The notes beneath the pieces were generated by a model. The model worked only from the letters and a program-made list of their open reading frames with translations. It was not told where the DNA came from and made no database searches. Shown piece after piece: positions 7,852 through 18,092 of a stretch of DNA of 64,000 nt. The first letter of the stretch is position 1, and every line of letters starts with the position of its first letter. The translations under genes and the position numbers were made by a program. Source of the stretch: a plasmid; sequence record NZ_CP118109.1; one strand, written 5' to 3'.

Positions 7852-9090
7852 TCATCGAGAATAATTAAGCCTTACCGCATGCAGGCATGGATTCACGCCG
7901 TTGTACATCAGCAGCTTTGTACGAACCCATATCCGCTCCGAAAACTGACCTGACCATTCAGTATTCTTGAGGGGAGTAAGGAAGCCATCTGCTTCCTCTC
8001 TCAGTAATTCGTACTCAAAAACTCGTCCTTCCATAAGCTGATCCAAGTTGCGATCAATACCAAATGCATCACGATTGAGAAAGACGTGTTCTACAGATTC
8101 AATGTTATAGATGCCTTCCATATCGAATGGTGTTAATATTGTGCCGCCGCCTGGTTCAAACATCGTCAAGTAAACGCCGATCTCTTGCGCTCCGAGAACG
8201 AATACCTTCTTACCGCCAATATCAAGGGGATTTTTTTGAACCAGCGTAATGCGAATCTTCTGAACGGGAACGCCAGGGAAAAACCATTTCTTGCGAGGTG
8301 TATATTCGTTGCTGTTTACAGCGGCCATATCTGGTTGAATAAATCCCTGAATGGTATTCCAAGCGCTATTATAATGAATCTCCACATTCTTGACCTGAAC
8401 GCCTCTTTCCGGATGTGGATGGATTTGCACCGTGTTGATGTTGAGATTGTTTACTAGATGGCTAGGAAGTTCAATCTCAAGGATGACATCTTCTTGATCC
8501 GGACATTCAGCAATATTATATGTTACTGTTCTGTGCCAGTAAGACTCATTATCTCCGTTGAAGGCATTAAGCAGGTTATTGTCGATGACTTCACCCTTGG
8601 TATTTGTGCGACCTACTTGAACCTTCAGCTCCGTAGGAACCACCACAGTACCGGTCTTTTCATTGACCGTGTGTGTCTTTGGTATCTGATGAATCAGAGG
8701 AACAGTCGCATAGCGATAATTCAGGTCTACATCACAACGTAGGCTCGTCTCTCCGTTCTCTTGGGAGATGTTTGGGTAAACTGTCGTCATGTCTTGTACG
8801 AAGCCGGTCTTAAAGAAGATCGGATCGTAAGGCCCTGCTGATTCAATTCGATTCATCTGTGCTTCTAACTCTACGGTCTTACGCTCAAGCATCATCGCAT
8901 AGTTGTGTAGGGCTGTATTCGCTGCAAGGATGATCTGATGGGCTTCCGAAAGATTCTGGATATTCAGATTGCTTTGACGATACAGCTCTACAAGCTCTAG
9001 GTATTTATTATCTTCGTTGTTATTGTAATCCGAGGAAGAAGTAGCTCCCCTAAACTGGGCGCCTCCTGGTTTACTTGTAGGCATTCTCAT
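7852..9090 (-). CDS. Structural protein, family A paralog 1: a helical N-terminus (S-D-Y-N-N-N motif region) plus a discoidin-like carbohydrate-binding domain (LLNAFNGDNESYWHRTV).
   Basis: Its ATG at 9090 overlaps the upstream gene by 20 nt. It shares architecture and N-terminal sequence pattern with the ORFs at 11029, 18089 and 19917. Confidence 0.5.
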   Translation of the reverse strand: MRMPTSKPGGAQFRGATSSSDYNNNEDNKYLELVELYRQSNLNIQNLSEAHQIILAANTALHNYAMMLERKTVELEAQMNRIESAGPYDPIFFKTGFVQDMTTVYPNISQENGETSLRCDVDLNYRYATVPLIHQIPKTHTVNEKTGTVVVPTELKVQVGRTNTKGEVIDNNLLNAFNGDNESYWHRTVTYNIAECPDQEDVILEIELPSHLVNNLNINTVQIHPHPERGVQVKNVEIHYNSAWNTIQGFIQPDMAAVNSNEYTPRKKWFFPGVPVQKIRITLVQKNPLDIGGKKVFVLGAQEIGVYLTMFEPGGGTILTPFDMEGIYNIESVEHVFLNRDAFGIDRNLDQLMEGRVFEYELLREEADGFLTPLKNTEWSGQFSERIWVRTKLLMYNGVNPCLHAVRLNYSR

Positions 9091-11020
9091 AGCTCTGAAG
9101 TCTCCTCTCTAATTCAGACAGATGCTCATTCATCTGATTCATCCTTTTTGCCACAGGATAAAGGCCGTTCATCTTCTGTTCGGCCACCGCAACCGTTACA
9201 GTGTACTCGACTTTCATATCTCCATTTTGTAACGCGTTACTTTTTAGTTTTATATATCCATTTTCGAACACAAAATCCCCAGGACTATTGAGTTCTGCTC
9301 CATCTAAGGATATCACAAGCCTTGAAAAAGAGCTTTCTTCAACTCCCGGCATGAGCAGATAGCTGGTCTGTTCCATATTTATATTGAACGTTTTTACTGC
9401 AGAATACGTAATATTTTCCACTCCAGCTTCGTTTTCCCCCTGAAACCACGATTTTACGGCATCATCTTGATTTTTTGTATGATTTTCTATCATCATGTGA
9501 TTCAGTCGGATGTCCAAAATCTGTTCTTGGTGATCAGATAATACTTTCTCTGATTCACGTTGCCCCCGATATCTTGCATTACGCTTCATGATATTTGGGT
9601 AGTGGTAATTATCATCCCTGCGCTCCACGATCACTAGATCGTACCCGTCATCAGCCGTGGCAATCCATCTTAATTCATAGAATCTCGTGAGCGTTTGCCC
9701 TTGATCATCATTCATGACAGCTTTAAGGATAATCGTATACCTCTTGCGAGCAACGTAATCACGCAGTGCTGCACGGATTCGGTATTCTCCACCAGCGGCA
9801 ATCGTTACCGATTCTTGTATCTGAGTACGCCCATCCATGTAGATGAATGATTCTGCGCCGACCTCTACCTTAAATTCGACAAATTTCCAAGCCGAATCTC
9901 CGCTATTTTTGTAGGATAGAAAAATATCATCCTTATTGATCGGCAGCTCATTCATCATAATCGAAGGATTAACTTGCACTTGGCCATCATTAGTACCAAT
10001 CCATAATTCTATTCCTGGCTTTTTCTTTGGTGGCTCCAATACGGAAACGACAACTGAATCTTCGCCTTGCGATCCCTCTACATTCTCAGCATAGAACTTG
10101 ATCGTATACGTTCCAAGGCGATTAAAGCTGAGTATAGCCTGCCCTCCATTCTGGTTAAGAATATCTACTCCGGTCGGAATGTCCCACCTTCTGAGGCTGA
10201 TTTCGGCTTCTGATTCGGCAATAGCATCCAGGGTCAGGCTCTCACCTTGTGACAAAGAGTGTGTACTTGGTTGAAGGATATCAACGAGTATAGGCGCAGG
10301 ATCAGCGACATATATGGGCGCACTTATTGTGAAATTTTCACCTATTGTATTATTCACATTGTACTTTACGTGATATGCCCCTGCTTTGCTAAATCGAGCA
10401 CTATTGGTTAAATCCGTGAACGAGATTGGTCTTACAATGGTTGAGTCTGCATCATAGAACCAATCACAATCTCTAATGGCTGTATTGCTACCGGTTAAAG
10501 TGATCTTGAAGCTGGCCGTTTCTCCAATCCGGATGCGTGCTTCGGGAGGGTCAATTGTTCCCGATAGCGGTATATGTGGTGGCGGCGGATCCTGATACGC
10601 TTCAATTCTGTACTCTACATAATCCTGTGCTTCAACATATCCGATGTATGGCTTTCGGTACCGGGCATCGCTTCGAACTTGGCTGATTGTTTTTCCATCA
10701 ACCCAATTCCCTATTGCTACTTCCAGATTACTTGAATTAGGTCCGTACCGAACAACTTCTTCTATCCAACTCTTTACCCCATTATCGTAAACATAAGCAA
10801 TCCCTAAGAGACTACCAAATTTATTTGATGGCGAGGACAGCGGTGGAGCAAAGTTTACGATGCGGATCGTCAGGTTGTCTGCACTCTGAATCTCAGGCAC
10901 AATGCTATAGCCTTCCGATGTGCTGATACCGGTATTGCCAAGCACATCAGCGAAGTCCATTTCGTAAGGAAATACATTATCATCATCAAAATAAAATAAT
11001 ACTTTTTCTATTGTTGGCAT
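9071..11020 (-). CDS. 649-aa structural protein with PKD/Ig-like beta-sandwich domains (for example DCDWFYDADSTIVRP) and a C-terminal coiled coil.
   Basis: Long ORF in the late operon. PKD-like W.F.D.D.S patterns and proline-rich linkers. Confidence 0.5.
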   Translation of the reverse strand: MPTIEKVLFYFDDDNVFPYEMDFADVLGNTGISTSEGYSIVPEIQSADNLTIRIVNFAPPLSSPSNKFGSLLGIAYVYDNGVKSWIEEVVRYGPNSSNLEVAIGNWVDGKTISQVRSDARYRKPYIGYVEAQDYVEYRIEAYQDPPPPHIPLSGTIDPPEARIRIGETASFKITLTGSNTAIRDCDWFYDADSTIVRPISFTDLTNSARFSKAGAYHVKYNVNNTIGENFTISAPIYVADPAPILVDILQPSTHSLSQGESLTLDAIAESEAEISLRRWDIPTGVDILNQNGGQAILSFNRLGTYTIKFYAENVEGSQGEDSVVVSVLEPPKKKPGIELWIGTNDGQVQVNPSIMMNELPINKDDIFLSYKNSGDSAWKFVEFKVEVGAESFIYMDGRTQIQESVTIAAGGEYRIRAALRDYVARKRYTIILKAVMNDDQGQTLTRFYELRWIATADDGYDLVIVERRDDNYHYPNIMKRNARYRGQRESEKVLSDHQEQILDIRLNHMMIENHTKNQDDAVKSWFQGENEAGVENITYSAVKTFNINMEQTSYLLMPGVEESSFSRLVISLDGAELNSPGDFVFENGYIKLKSNALQNGDMKVEYTVTVAVAEQKMNGLYPVAKRMNQMNEHLSELERRLQSYENAYK

Positions 11021-11028
11021 AAGCTACC

Positions 11029-13095
11029 TCACTTCGCTTGCAGCTGCAGACGCATTATTTTCGGTGTGATGTGTGGAATGCTTTCTTCCCGCCTCATCGA
11101 AGCTCTCACCACGACTTGATTATTCTGAATAGAACTATCAATGACTTCATAGACCAATTGAAAAATGCAGTTTGATGGCAGGTAGTTCAGAACTACTTGG
11201 TTTTCATAAATCGCAAAGTAGTCTCTGTTATTCGGGGAGATATTGTAATACAGCGAATGCTCGTCCACGATTTTAAGACTATCCTTATCTGCCCTTACCC
11301 GTTTCTCCAAGAGGAAGTTGAATTTGCCTAGTAGGGTTTCATTAGGCAGATTGCCATCTGTAAAATCCTGCCGAAGCTGCATATCTCCCCAATGGAATAG
11401 GATTTGAATCTCACTCCATCCTGCCGCCAGCGTCAAAGTTACTTCTTCATTGGACGGTACCATGCGTTTACCATCTACATATACTGCATATGTTCCAATG
11501 CGTTTTCTTACGCCGGATACAGTCTGAATGACAGCCAGGGATAATGGTTCTACTCTGGCTTCTTCGCTATACACGCAAGTGGTGAAGCGGTAGAAGTTAT
11601 CGGACTTGCCGCCATTCTCACGGCGCAAATTTAATTGGTTTCCGATGGCTTGATAGTTAGTACGGATAGAATCTGGCCGGTTATCATATTGCGACTTCCA
11701 TGTGCTGTTCAGCGGGATGGTGCCGTCAAACTTAATATAAGACCGCTCTCTTCTCCACTGATTAATCCCGCGAAGCAGGATAGGATTCTGGATATCGTCA
11801 AAGCTTTCCGGCAGGGTGCCGTCTTTGTCATCTTTAAGGAGCCTAAATACCCTCATGCCATTCTTTACTTCCTGCGTAGCTTCTGCTTGTCCAAACTCTA
11901 TATTCTTCGATGCGCGAGCGTTAAACTCTACCGTCTTCGAATATTTAGGAGTTGTGTCTTCAGAGGGGCTGATCGGATACCAGATTAGGCTATCCAGTGC
12001 AGTCGTTTCATTCGTTAGCGCAACTTCGTAATCAATCGCTGTCCCGAACGGGATATCCTGTGAGGCGTTAAGTGAAACCATGTTGATATTATCAGAACTA
12101 AATACAAATGGCTGCGTAATTAAGGTGCCTTCGCTGAGATAGCTTTTCTTTGAAATCGAAATGCTCTTTGCGCCGAAGTAATAGTTATACATGCCGGCAG
12201 AATTATCATCATGATCCTTCTTCTCATAAGTGAACTTAATTGCCTTTACCTTTAGCTGAGAGAAGTTCCATACCGCTCGATTACTTACAGATTGCTTATT
12301 ATTCTTTTCAGGCAACGGAGTGAATGTCGATCCATCAAGAGAGTATTCTACTTGGATCAAAACGGGCTTGCCGTGGTGAGCAATATACTCTACTTCATTA
12401 ATCTCTTCTACACTGGCCAGCCTGATCGTCAGCTCTGCTTTTACGGTGCCTGGTCCTGTTGTTTTAATTACATGCCACCAAGCTGTATTGATGTTGTCAT
12501 CGAACGCATTGTTGATCGTTTCGATAGCAGACTGTTTTACGTTAGGCGTAAGTGCATTAAAGGTTGCTTGAGAGCCTGATAATAAGACTTTATTGCTCTG
12601 CCTTTGATTTTCTTTCAATGTGATCTGACCGTTATTCAGATCAATGGCTGCCGTGCTATTACCGGTGTTCATCCGGCTTGTGTCAATGAAGTCTTCAATA
12701 ACCGTATCTAAGTAGCTGCTTCCTGCCCCCGACACAAGGAGAAGCTGATCAATCTTCTTAGATAGCATAGATAGTTCATGGCTGATCTTGGCTCGCTCTG
12801 TTTCAACAAAATTGAAGTCATTCATAATTCGAATGGTTTGACTAATTGTGGCGTCATACAAATCGCCAATGTCCTGTCTAATCATCGTCACATTATCATT
12901 GTAGCTTTCGCTGTCCGACTTCTCTTTGCGGAGAACCTTACGAGGCGAAAAGGACGGAGCTCCAGGAGTATGTTCCCGGAGCCATTGCCCTAGATGATAA
13001 GTGATGGTTTGAATACTGGGATATCTTCCGCGCTGCAGATAGGACCTTACGATCTTCTCTACTGTGCGTGAGAGCTGTGTCTGCCGGATGCCCAT
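11029..13095 (-). CDS. Structural protein, family A paralog 2 (688 aa): a helical N-terminus plus a discoidin-like domain (FDDNINTAWW).
   Basis: Its N-terminal SESYNDNVTMIRQDIGDLYDATISQ resembles SKSYNSNLEEIAFDLSTLFEASNQ of the 19917 ORF. Central region is FNALTPNVKQSAIETINNAFDDNINTAWW. Confidence 0.5.
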   Translation of the reverse strand: MGIRQTQLSRTVEKIVRSYLQRGRYPSIQTITYHLGQWLREHTPGAPSFSPRKVLRKEKSDSESYNDNVTMIRQDIGDLYDATISQTIRIMNDFNFVETERAKISHELSMLSKKIDQLLLVSGAGSSYLDTVIEDFIDTSRMNTGNSTAAIDLNNGQITLKENQRQSNKVLLSGSQATFNALTPNVKQSAIETINNAFDDNINTAWWHVIKTTGPGTVKAELTIRLASVEEINEVEYIAHHGKPVLIQVEYSLDGSTFTPLPEKNNKQSVSNRAVWNFSQLKVKAIKFTYEKKDHDDNSAGMYNYYFGAKSISISKKSYLSEGTLITQPFVFSSDNINMVSLNASQDIPFGTAIDYEVALTNETTALDSLIWYPISPSEDTTPKYSKTVEFNARASKNIEFGQAEATQEVKNGMRVFRLLKDDKDGTLPESFDDIQNPILLRGINQWRRERSYIKFDGTIPLNSTWKSQYDNRPDSIRTNYQAIGNQLNLRRENGGKSDNFYRFTTCVYSEEARVEPLSLAVIQTVSGVRKRIGTYAVYVDGKRMVPSNEEVTLTLAAGWSEIQILFHWGDMQLRQDFTDGNLPNETLLGKFNFLLEKRVRADKDSLKIVDEHSLYYNISPNNRDYFAIYENQVVLNYLPSNCIFQLVYEVIDSSIQNNQVVVRASMRREESIPHITPKIMRLQLQAK

Positions 13096-13109
13096 AATCT
13101 CATCACCTC

Positions 13110-16100
13110 TTAATTTGGAGTTGGATAATCTCTTGGTTCTTTTCTTATTGTAATATCAGATATTTTAGTTTGACCAGGATTTTTTAGAGCAATATCACAT
13201 ACGATGATGGAACGCTTCGAATTGAAGTCAGAAGGATTCAACACAATCGTTTGAAGTATAGAGCCCGTACCTGCATCTACAATTTCAACTTGCGGTGCTC
13301 GATCAAGATCAGAAACATCAACGCCGTAATATTTATCAACTGCTAACGTAAGTGTTCTGTTTACAAAACCATCCACCGTAATGATTTCCACTTCATTGTT
13401 CCAGTGGTCGATTCCACTATTTCGTATATGATCAGCGTAATCGAAGTTGAGATAAATTTTATTCGCTCCTTCAATATATGATCGATAACTTGGGTAATCA
13501 GCATCCACACGGGAACCGTAGAATATATGCTTAGCTTCATCTCTATCAAGGTATCCGTGTAGATCCATATCTGATCTCGCATCAGGAGCAGTGCTTGATG
13601 GGATGCCCCATCTTAATCTAAAGAGTAAGTCATAGCTGTTTTCGATGCTTCCTTCATCAGGCGTTGATCCGGGCGGTGGAACTGAGCAATCCACCACATT
13701 GATTTTAATTCTCCGCGTTACTATCTTGCCATCTGTACCGGTGGCTGTAATAACAACGTATCCAGATAAGAGCTCTCCTGCGTCTTCTGATATCTGGCCA
13801 GAAATACTGTTAAGCTGGTTCCCGTAGTCCCCTCTGATATCAAGGTACTGACCACCGGTTCCATCGCTAAGCTGCTTTAACGAGAACATTCCTTCTTCCA
13901 TCGGACCAATGATATTCAAGATCACACCTTTTGCCTTCATAGCACTTATGGTTTGAGCTGCGGTATAGGCCGACATTTCATCCACTTCTTTATCATGGAA
14001 ATGTGCATCGGTCACTAAGACAAAGTGCTTCGCGGCATTGTCTCTAAAATCATAAGTGAGTGCTCCATTTACAGGATCCATAATGGATTCCAGAGCCGAT
14101 TCTCTTATGTCTCCTCCGCTGGCTAACACAATGGATCTCAGCATGGATTCAAACTCTGAAGTGCTTGTAGTCATTGCTGTCTTCGTAGTCGGCTCACCAT
14201 AGTTTATGTCGCTGTATCGCACACAGCCAAGTCGATAGTTTACGCTGTCATCATTCAGCCTTCTGATGAAGTTGTTTACATTGTCTGCTACTGAGGCAAT
14301 ATGTGCTCCCATACTTCCGGAGTAGTCAATCAAGAAGACGATATCTGCAATACCACCTTCACTGGTTTCACCCGTTCCGCCTTCTCCGAATGCTCTTGAA
14401 GGAATCGTGAAACTAAAGTCTTCGTGAAACGCATTGCCATTTCGTTGATAGAACTCTTCTCCATTGAATGTCGCCCTAATCTCAGCAACTTTAGGCGCAA
14501 TCTCTGCATATCCCCCAATGGTTAATGGGTCTGTATTACAGTGTGTGATCTCTTCTGGATTAAGTGATGGCACCGTGACTTCAAGAATTGGATCAGCTCC
14601 TACCCCTGTTTCCGGGTCAGAGTTATGCTCTGGATCAATGGAGCAGACCTGAGAAGTAAATAAATCCATGTGCTTGCTTACAATGAAGTCTCCTGTCTTA
14701 CCGATCACAGGGGCATTGCCGTAGTTTCCTGCATCTACTTCTGCCACCCATGGCAGCTCATCTAAGTTCTTCGGCCCGCCAGTCATCCAGCCGGTGTTCT
14801 TTGCTCCTGCTGTCTTGAAGTTAATATCCGAAGCCCATGCGGTTTTCGAATCATCATAGAAGTCTTTGAAGATGATGCCGACTCCCGTTAGGAAGATGTT
14901 GTTTGCGCCGGTTGCATTCCGGATCATAAGCGATACGCCTTTATAATAATCCGACCATCCTGCAACCAGTGTAACAGGCCCCGCCTTCGTCTCGATCGTC
15001 AACTCCTGAGTTACAAGCCATTCCAAAGGCACAATATTCGTCTGCATTTCTTTGGTCACGTCACTGTAATACTGGAAGATGATCTTATCTAGCATCAAGC
15101 AGTCGCGGACTGGATTCTTCTCCGGATCATAATCTGGAACGTTCGGGTTCGTTGGATCTTCTTCTGGCGAGTCATCATCTTCTGGACGGATAATATCTTT
15201 ATTGATCGGACATTGATTCGAACTCCAAGCAGAAGGGAATTTGAATTTAACATAGTCACCTTTCGATCCGATCGATGGGCTTTCCGTATAGCTGCCGCTT
15301 GTGAGGATTTGATTCATCCATGAAGTATCTTTACCTGTAGGATCACCAAGCATCTTCCTGCTGTTCTTTACACCTGCGGTTTCGTAATAGATGTTGGATG
15401 CCCAGGCTGTTTTTGCATTATTGTGTTCATCCAAATAATTGACGCCAATCGAGCTGAGCTGGAATCCGTAGCCACTGCTGTTTCCTCCATCTTTAAACCA
15501 TGCAGTAATCGTGTCGTCTTCTCCCCATCCGAACATGGCCGTTGCCCCGTCACCATTGTTAATTTCATACGGGAGCCAGTCGGCAGGAATATCAAACTTT
15601 TTAATGTCTTGAAGATTGGCATCGTAGTATTCCACATGCAGTGTATCGAACATTAAGCAGTCTCTCACCTTCGGTCCTTCCGGATCAATTGAGCAATCCT
15701 TCACTGTGACCGTCATGCTGTCGGATGCCTCGTTACCTTCGCTATCATAAGCCTTCACTTCAACCACAAAGCTGTCACCTACTTCATGACCAAGCGTTGG
15801 GTATCGGAAGTTGAAGGTTTGTTCATAAGGCGAAGCAGCCATCCAGAAAGGACTATGGTAGCCATCGATCACAACCGTCTCACTCATTCTTCTGAAGCTT
15901 GCCGTGCTCATTACATCAATGGATTCCATGTTCTTAACGTACTTCTCCATGAATGCGTATTGCTTAGGGAAGTTGTCTCTCAGGAAACTTGGATTGATAA
16001 TGTACAATCTGTAAGCTTCAGCGAATCCTTCTGCGGGCTGCGTACATCCATAAGCAGTGACAGGTGCTTCTTTTCCGTTGTCTAGCTTCGTTCCCGGATT

Positions 16101-18092
16101 CGATTTATTTAGCTTGTAGTATTGTCTCATACCCGACCAGTTGATGGAGTCCCACCCGCTAATCTCTTGCCATTCTCTGTAGTCGTGCAGGCTCTTACCT
16201 ATGTCGCTTGCATATTTATGGCCAGCATCAAACTTATAATAGTCCGCCCCGTAGAATCCAACAGCATGTCCAATCTCATGGATTGCAATCTCTCCTGCAA
16301 TGTATGGTCGGCATGCGGGCTGATTGTTGTTGAGTGTCTGCAGGTCTGCTGTTCCTAGCGATCCTACTGGGAGCCAGTAGCTCTTGTATTTGTCCAGCGG
16401 CGTCAGCGTGTCGCTCTCATCCCTTGAAGAGTTAGACGTATAATCTGTTGGCCGGTATGCCATAAGATTGATGACACTGGCATTCAAGGCATCAGGTTCA
16501 AAATTAATAAAGGAATAAAATTGCGGCAGCTCCCCATCCTTCGCCCAAGCCGCGACACTCGGATTACCTTGAATATCATTGAAGTCGATCCAGTGATAGG
16601 TGTACGTATTCGTCTTGGCCACAAGGTCAGACAACGTATCAATAATATCTCCTGAAAGATATGAGCTTGCACTTGGGAAGAAGAAGCTGATGGCCTTGAT
16701 CTTATAGGTTGCATAGATGCTGCCCAGCTGAAGCTCCGTCAATCCCGGTAAATTACTTACCGCCCACGACTTAAACGTCGACCACGGCTGAGGTAATGTG
16801 ACTAGTCCTCTTAAGTTGTCTTGATGGAACTTCCATAGATAGGCATGAAAATTCTGAATACTGATATTGCTTTTGGTATAGATCGTATCTTCTTCAGGAG
16901 CAAGCGCTCGTCTAACCTTCTCCATGAAATCAAGCCATTGGTTTCTTCCGGTAAAGAAGTTAGGCTGTATATTCAGTGGCACGATATTACCTGCAGTAAT
17001 TTGGACATTCCCGCTAAAGGCTTTATTTCCTGTCCAGTAATCTTGGTTAATACTTGATGGTGAGATTGAGCCGTCTACAAAATAGCTGATGCTGTTCGGC
17101 GTGTTCGGCTCAGTCGGCGTCTCCGGCTCTGTAGGCTCCTCTGTGACGATATCTTCAAGAGGTGTTCCGTTGACAAGCATAACGACTTTCGTAATTGGAT
17201 ACGGGCCGTCAGCCACTCCAGACACGATTAAATCATCACCATAGCATATCTCTGTTGTCTTAGGTGTGATGGTGACTTGCAGCTCATCTGGCTGCTCAGG
17301 ATTAGGATCATCTTTATCTGGAATCCCATCCCCGTCTGTATCTTTATCTGGATCATCCTCCTCTTCCCCACAGTTTTCGAATCTCACATAGTCTGTGGTG
17401 TGTGTATCTCTTCCTTGGTCCGTATAAACGACAGCAATCAATTGCAGATAAGTTCTTTCTTTAACTCCCCATTCATCCAATGTTGCCTTTGGTATGACGA
17501 GTTCAATGCTCTCTTCAACACTTCCAGGATAGGTGTATTCTTTATAAACAAACTCTGTTAGCTTGCCACCTTTGTGCCGCATTTTGAATTTGAGAACAAT
17601 TTTTATAATCTTCTCTTCTTCACTCGCTGTCCAAGCACGCACCTTAACAGGATAATCTATTCCTAAGCAGTACTTATCCGGATTGTCTTTTCTTTCAAGG
17701 ATTCTAATATAGATGCGCCCATTACTCGAGACACCATCACTAGGGTCGTCAGGAAGATCATCTTCTGGGTCGTCCGTTCCGCCGCCTCCGCCCGGATTGT
17801 CAGGATTGCTTCCGCCTCCTGGGTTATCTTCGTCACCCGATCCTCCGCCGCCTCCTGGATTCTCTGGGTCAGTTGGATTGGTTGGATTCGTCCCACCGCC
17901 CCCAGGGTTATCTGGCGCAGACGGATCCGCAGGCTCTGGCGGATAATACGGCGGATCAACAACGTCAGAACCGCTGCCGGATTCGCTTGTACTTGCCCTG
18001 CGCAGGGAAGCTTCGCTATCGGAAGCCTCCGCGCCAGTGTATGCTTTAATCGTGAAGCCTTTTAAGAGAGGCGTTTTATTCTTCTGGGTCAT
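13110..18092 (-). CDS. Giant 1660-aa virion protein. It has a Gly/Pro/Asn-rich low-complexity N-terminus, TSP3-like calcium-binding Asp-rich motifs, an HEXXH zinc-metalloprotease motif, and a C-terminal von Willebrand factor A domain with a MIDAS motif.
   Basis: Motifs seen: NPGGGG repeats; DKDTDGDGIPDKDDPNPE; IAIHEIGHAVGF; DIVFLIDYSGSMG...GGDIRE...HFVLVTDA. The start overlaps the stop of the upstream gene (ATGA). Confidence 0.65.
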   Translation of the reverse strand: MTQKNKTPLLKGFTIKAYTGAEASDSEASLRRASTSESGSGSDVVDPPYYPPEPADPSAPDNPGGGGTNPTNPTDPENPGGGGGSGDEDNPGGGSNPDNPGGGGGTDDPEDDLPDDPSDGVSSNGRIYIRILERKDNPDKYCLGIDYPVKVRAWTASEEEKIIKIVLKFKMRHKGGKLTEFVYKEYTYPGSVEESIELVIPKATLDEWGVKERTYLQLIAVVYTDQGRDTHTTDYVRFENCGEEEDDPDKDTDGDGIPDKDDPNPEQPDELQVTITPKTTEICYGDDLIVSGVADGPYPITKVVMLVNGTPLEDIVTEEPTEPETPTEPNTPNSISYFVDGSISPSSINQDYWTGNKAFSGNVQITAGNIVPLNIQPNFFTGRNQWLDFMEKVRRALAPEEDTIYTKSNISIQNFHAYLWKFHQDNLRGLVTLPQPWSTFKSWAVSNLPGLTELQLGSIYATYKIKAISFFFPSASSYLSGDIIDTLSDLVAKTNTYTYHWIDFNDIQGNPSVAAWAKDGELPQFYSFINFEPDALNASVINLMAYRPTDYTSNSSRDESDTLTPLDKYKSYWLPVGSLGTADLQTLNNNQPACRPYIAGEIAIHEIGHAVGFYGADYYKFDAGHKYASDIGKSLHDYREWQEISGWDSINWSGMRQYYKLNKSNPGTKLDNGKEAPVTAYGCTQPAEGFAEAYRLYIINPSFLRDNFPKQYAFMEKYVKNMESIDVMSTASFRRMSETVVIDGYHSPFWMAASPYEQTFNFRYPTLGHEVGDSFVVEVKAYDSEGNEASDSMTVTVKDCSIDPEGPKVRDCLMFDTLHVEYYDANLQDIKKFDIPADWLPYEINNGDGATAMFGWGEDDTITAWFKDGGNSSGYGFQLSSIGVNYLDEHNNAKTAWASNIYYETAGVKNSRKMLGDPTGKDTSWMNQILTSGSYTESPSIGSKGDYVKFKFPSAWSSNQCPINKDIIRPEDDDSPEEDPTNPNVPDYDPEKNPVRDCLMLDKIIFQYYSDVTKEMQTNIVPLEWLVTQELTIETKAGPVTLVAGWSDYYKGVSLMIRNATGANNIFLTGVGIIFKDFYDDSKTAWASDINFKTAGAKNTGWMTGGPKNLDELPWVAEVDAGNYGNAPVIGKTGDFIVSKHMDLFTSQVCSIDPEHNSDPETGVGADPILEVTVPSLNPEEITHCNTDPLTIGGYAEIAPKVAEIRATFNGEEFYQRNGNAFHEDFSFTIPSRAFGEGGTGETSEGGIADIVFLIDYSGSMGAHIASVADNVNNFIRRLNDDSVNYRLGCVRYSDINYGEPTTKTAMTTSTSEFESMLRSIVLASGGDIRESALESIMDPVNGALTYDFRDNAAKHFVLVTDAHFHDKEVDEMSAYTAAQTISAMKAKGVILNIIGPMEEGMFSLKQLSDGTGGQYLDIRGDYGNQLNSISGQISEDAGELLSGYVVITATGTDGKIVTRRIKINVVDCSVPPPGSTPDEGSIENSYDLLFRLRWGIPSSTAPDARSDMDLHGYLDRDEAKHIFYGSRVDADYPSYRSYIEGANKIYLNFDYADHIRNSGIDHWNNEVEIITVDGFVNRTLTLAVDKYYGVDVSDLDRAPQVEIVDAGTGSILQTIVLNPSDFNSKRSIIVCDIALKNPGQTKISDITIRKEPRDYPTPN

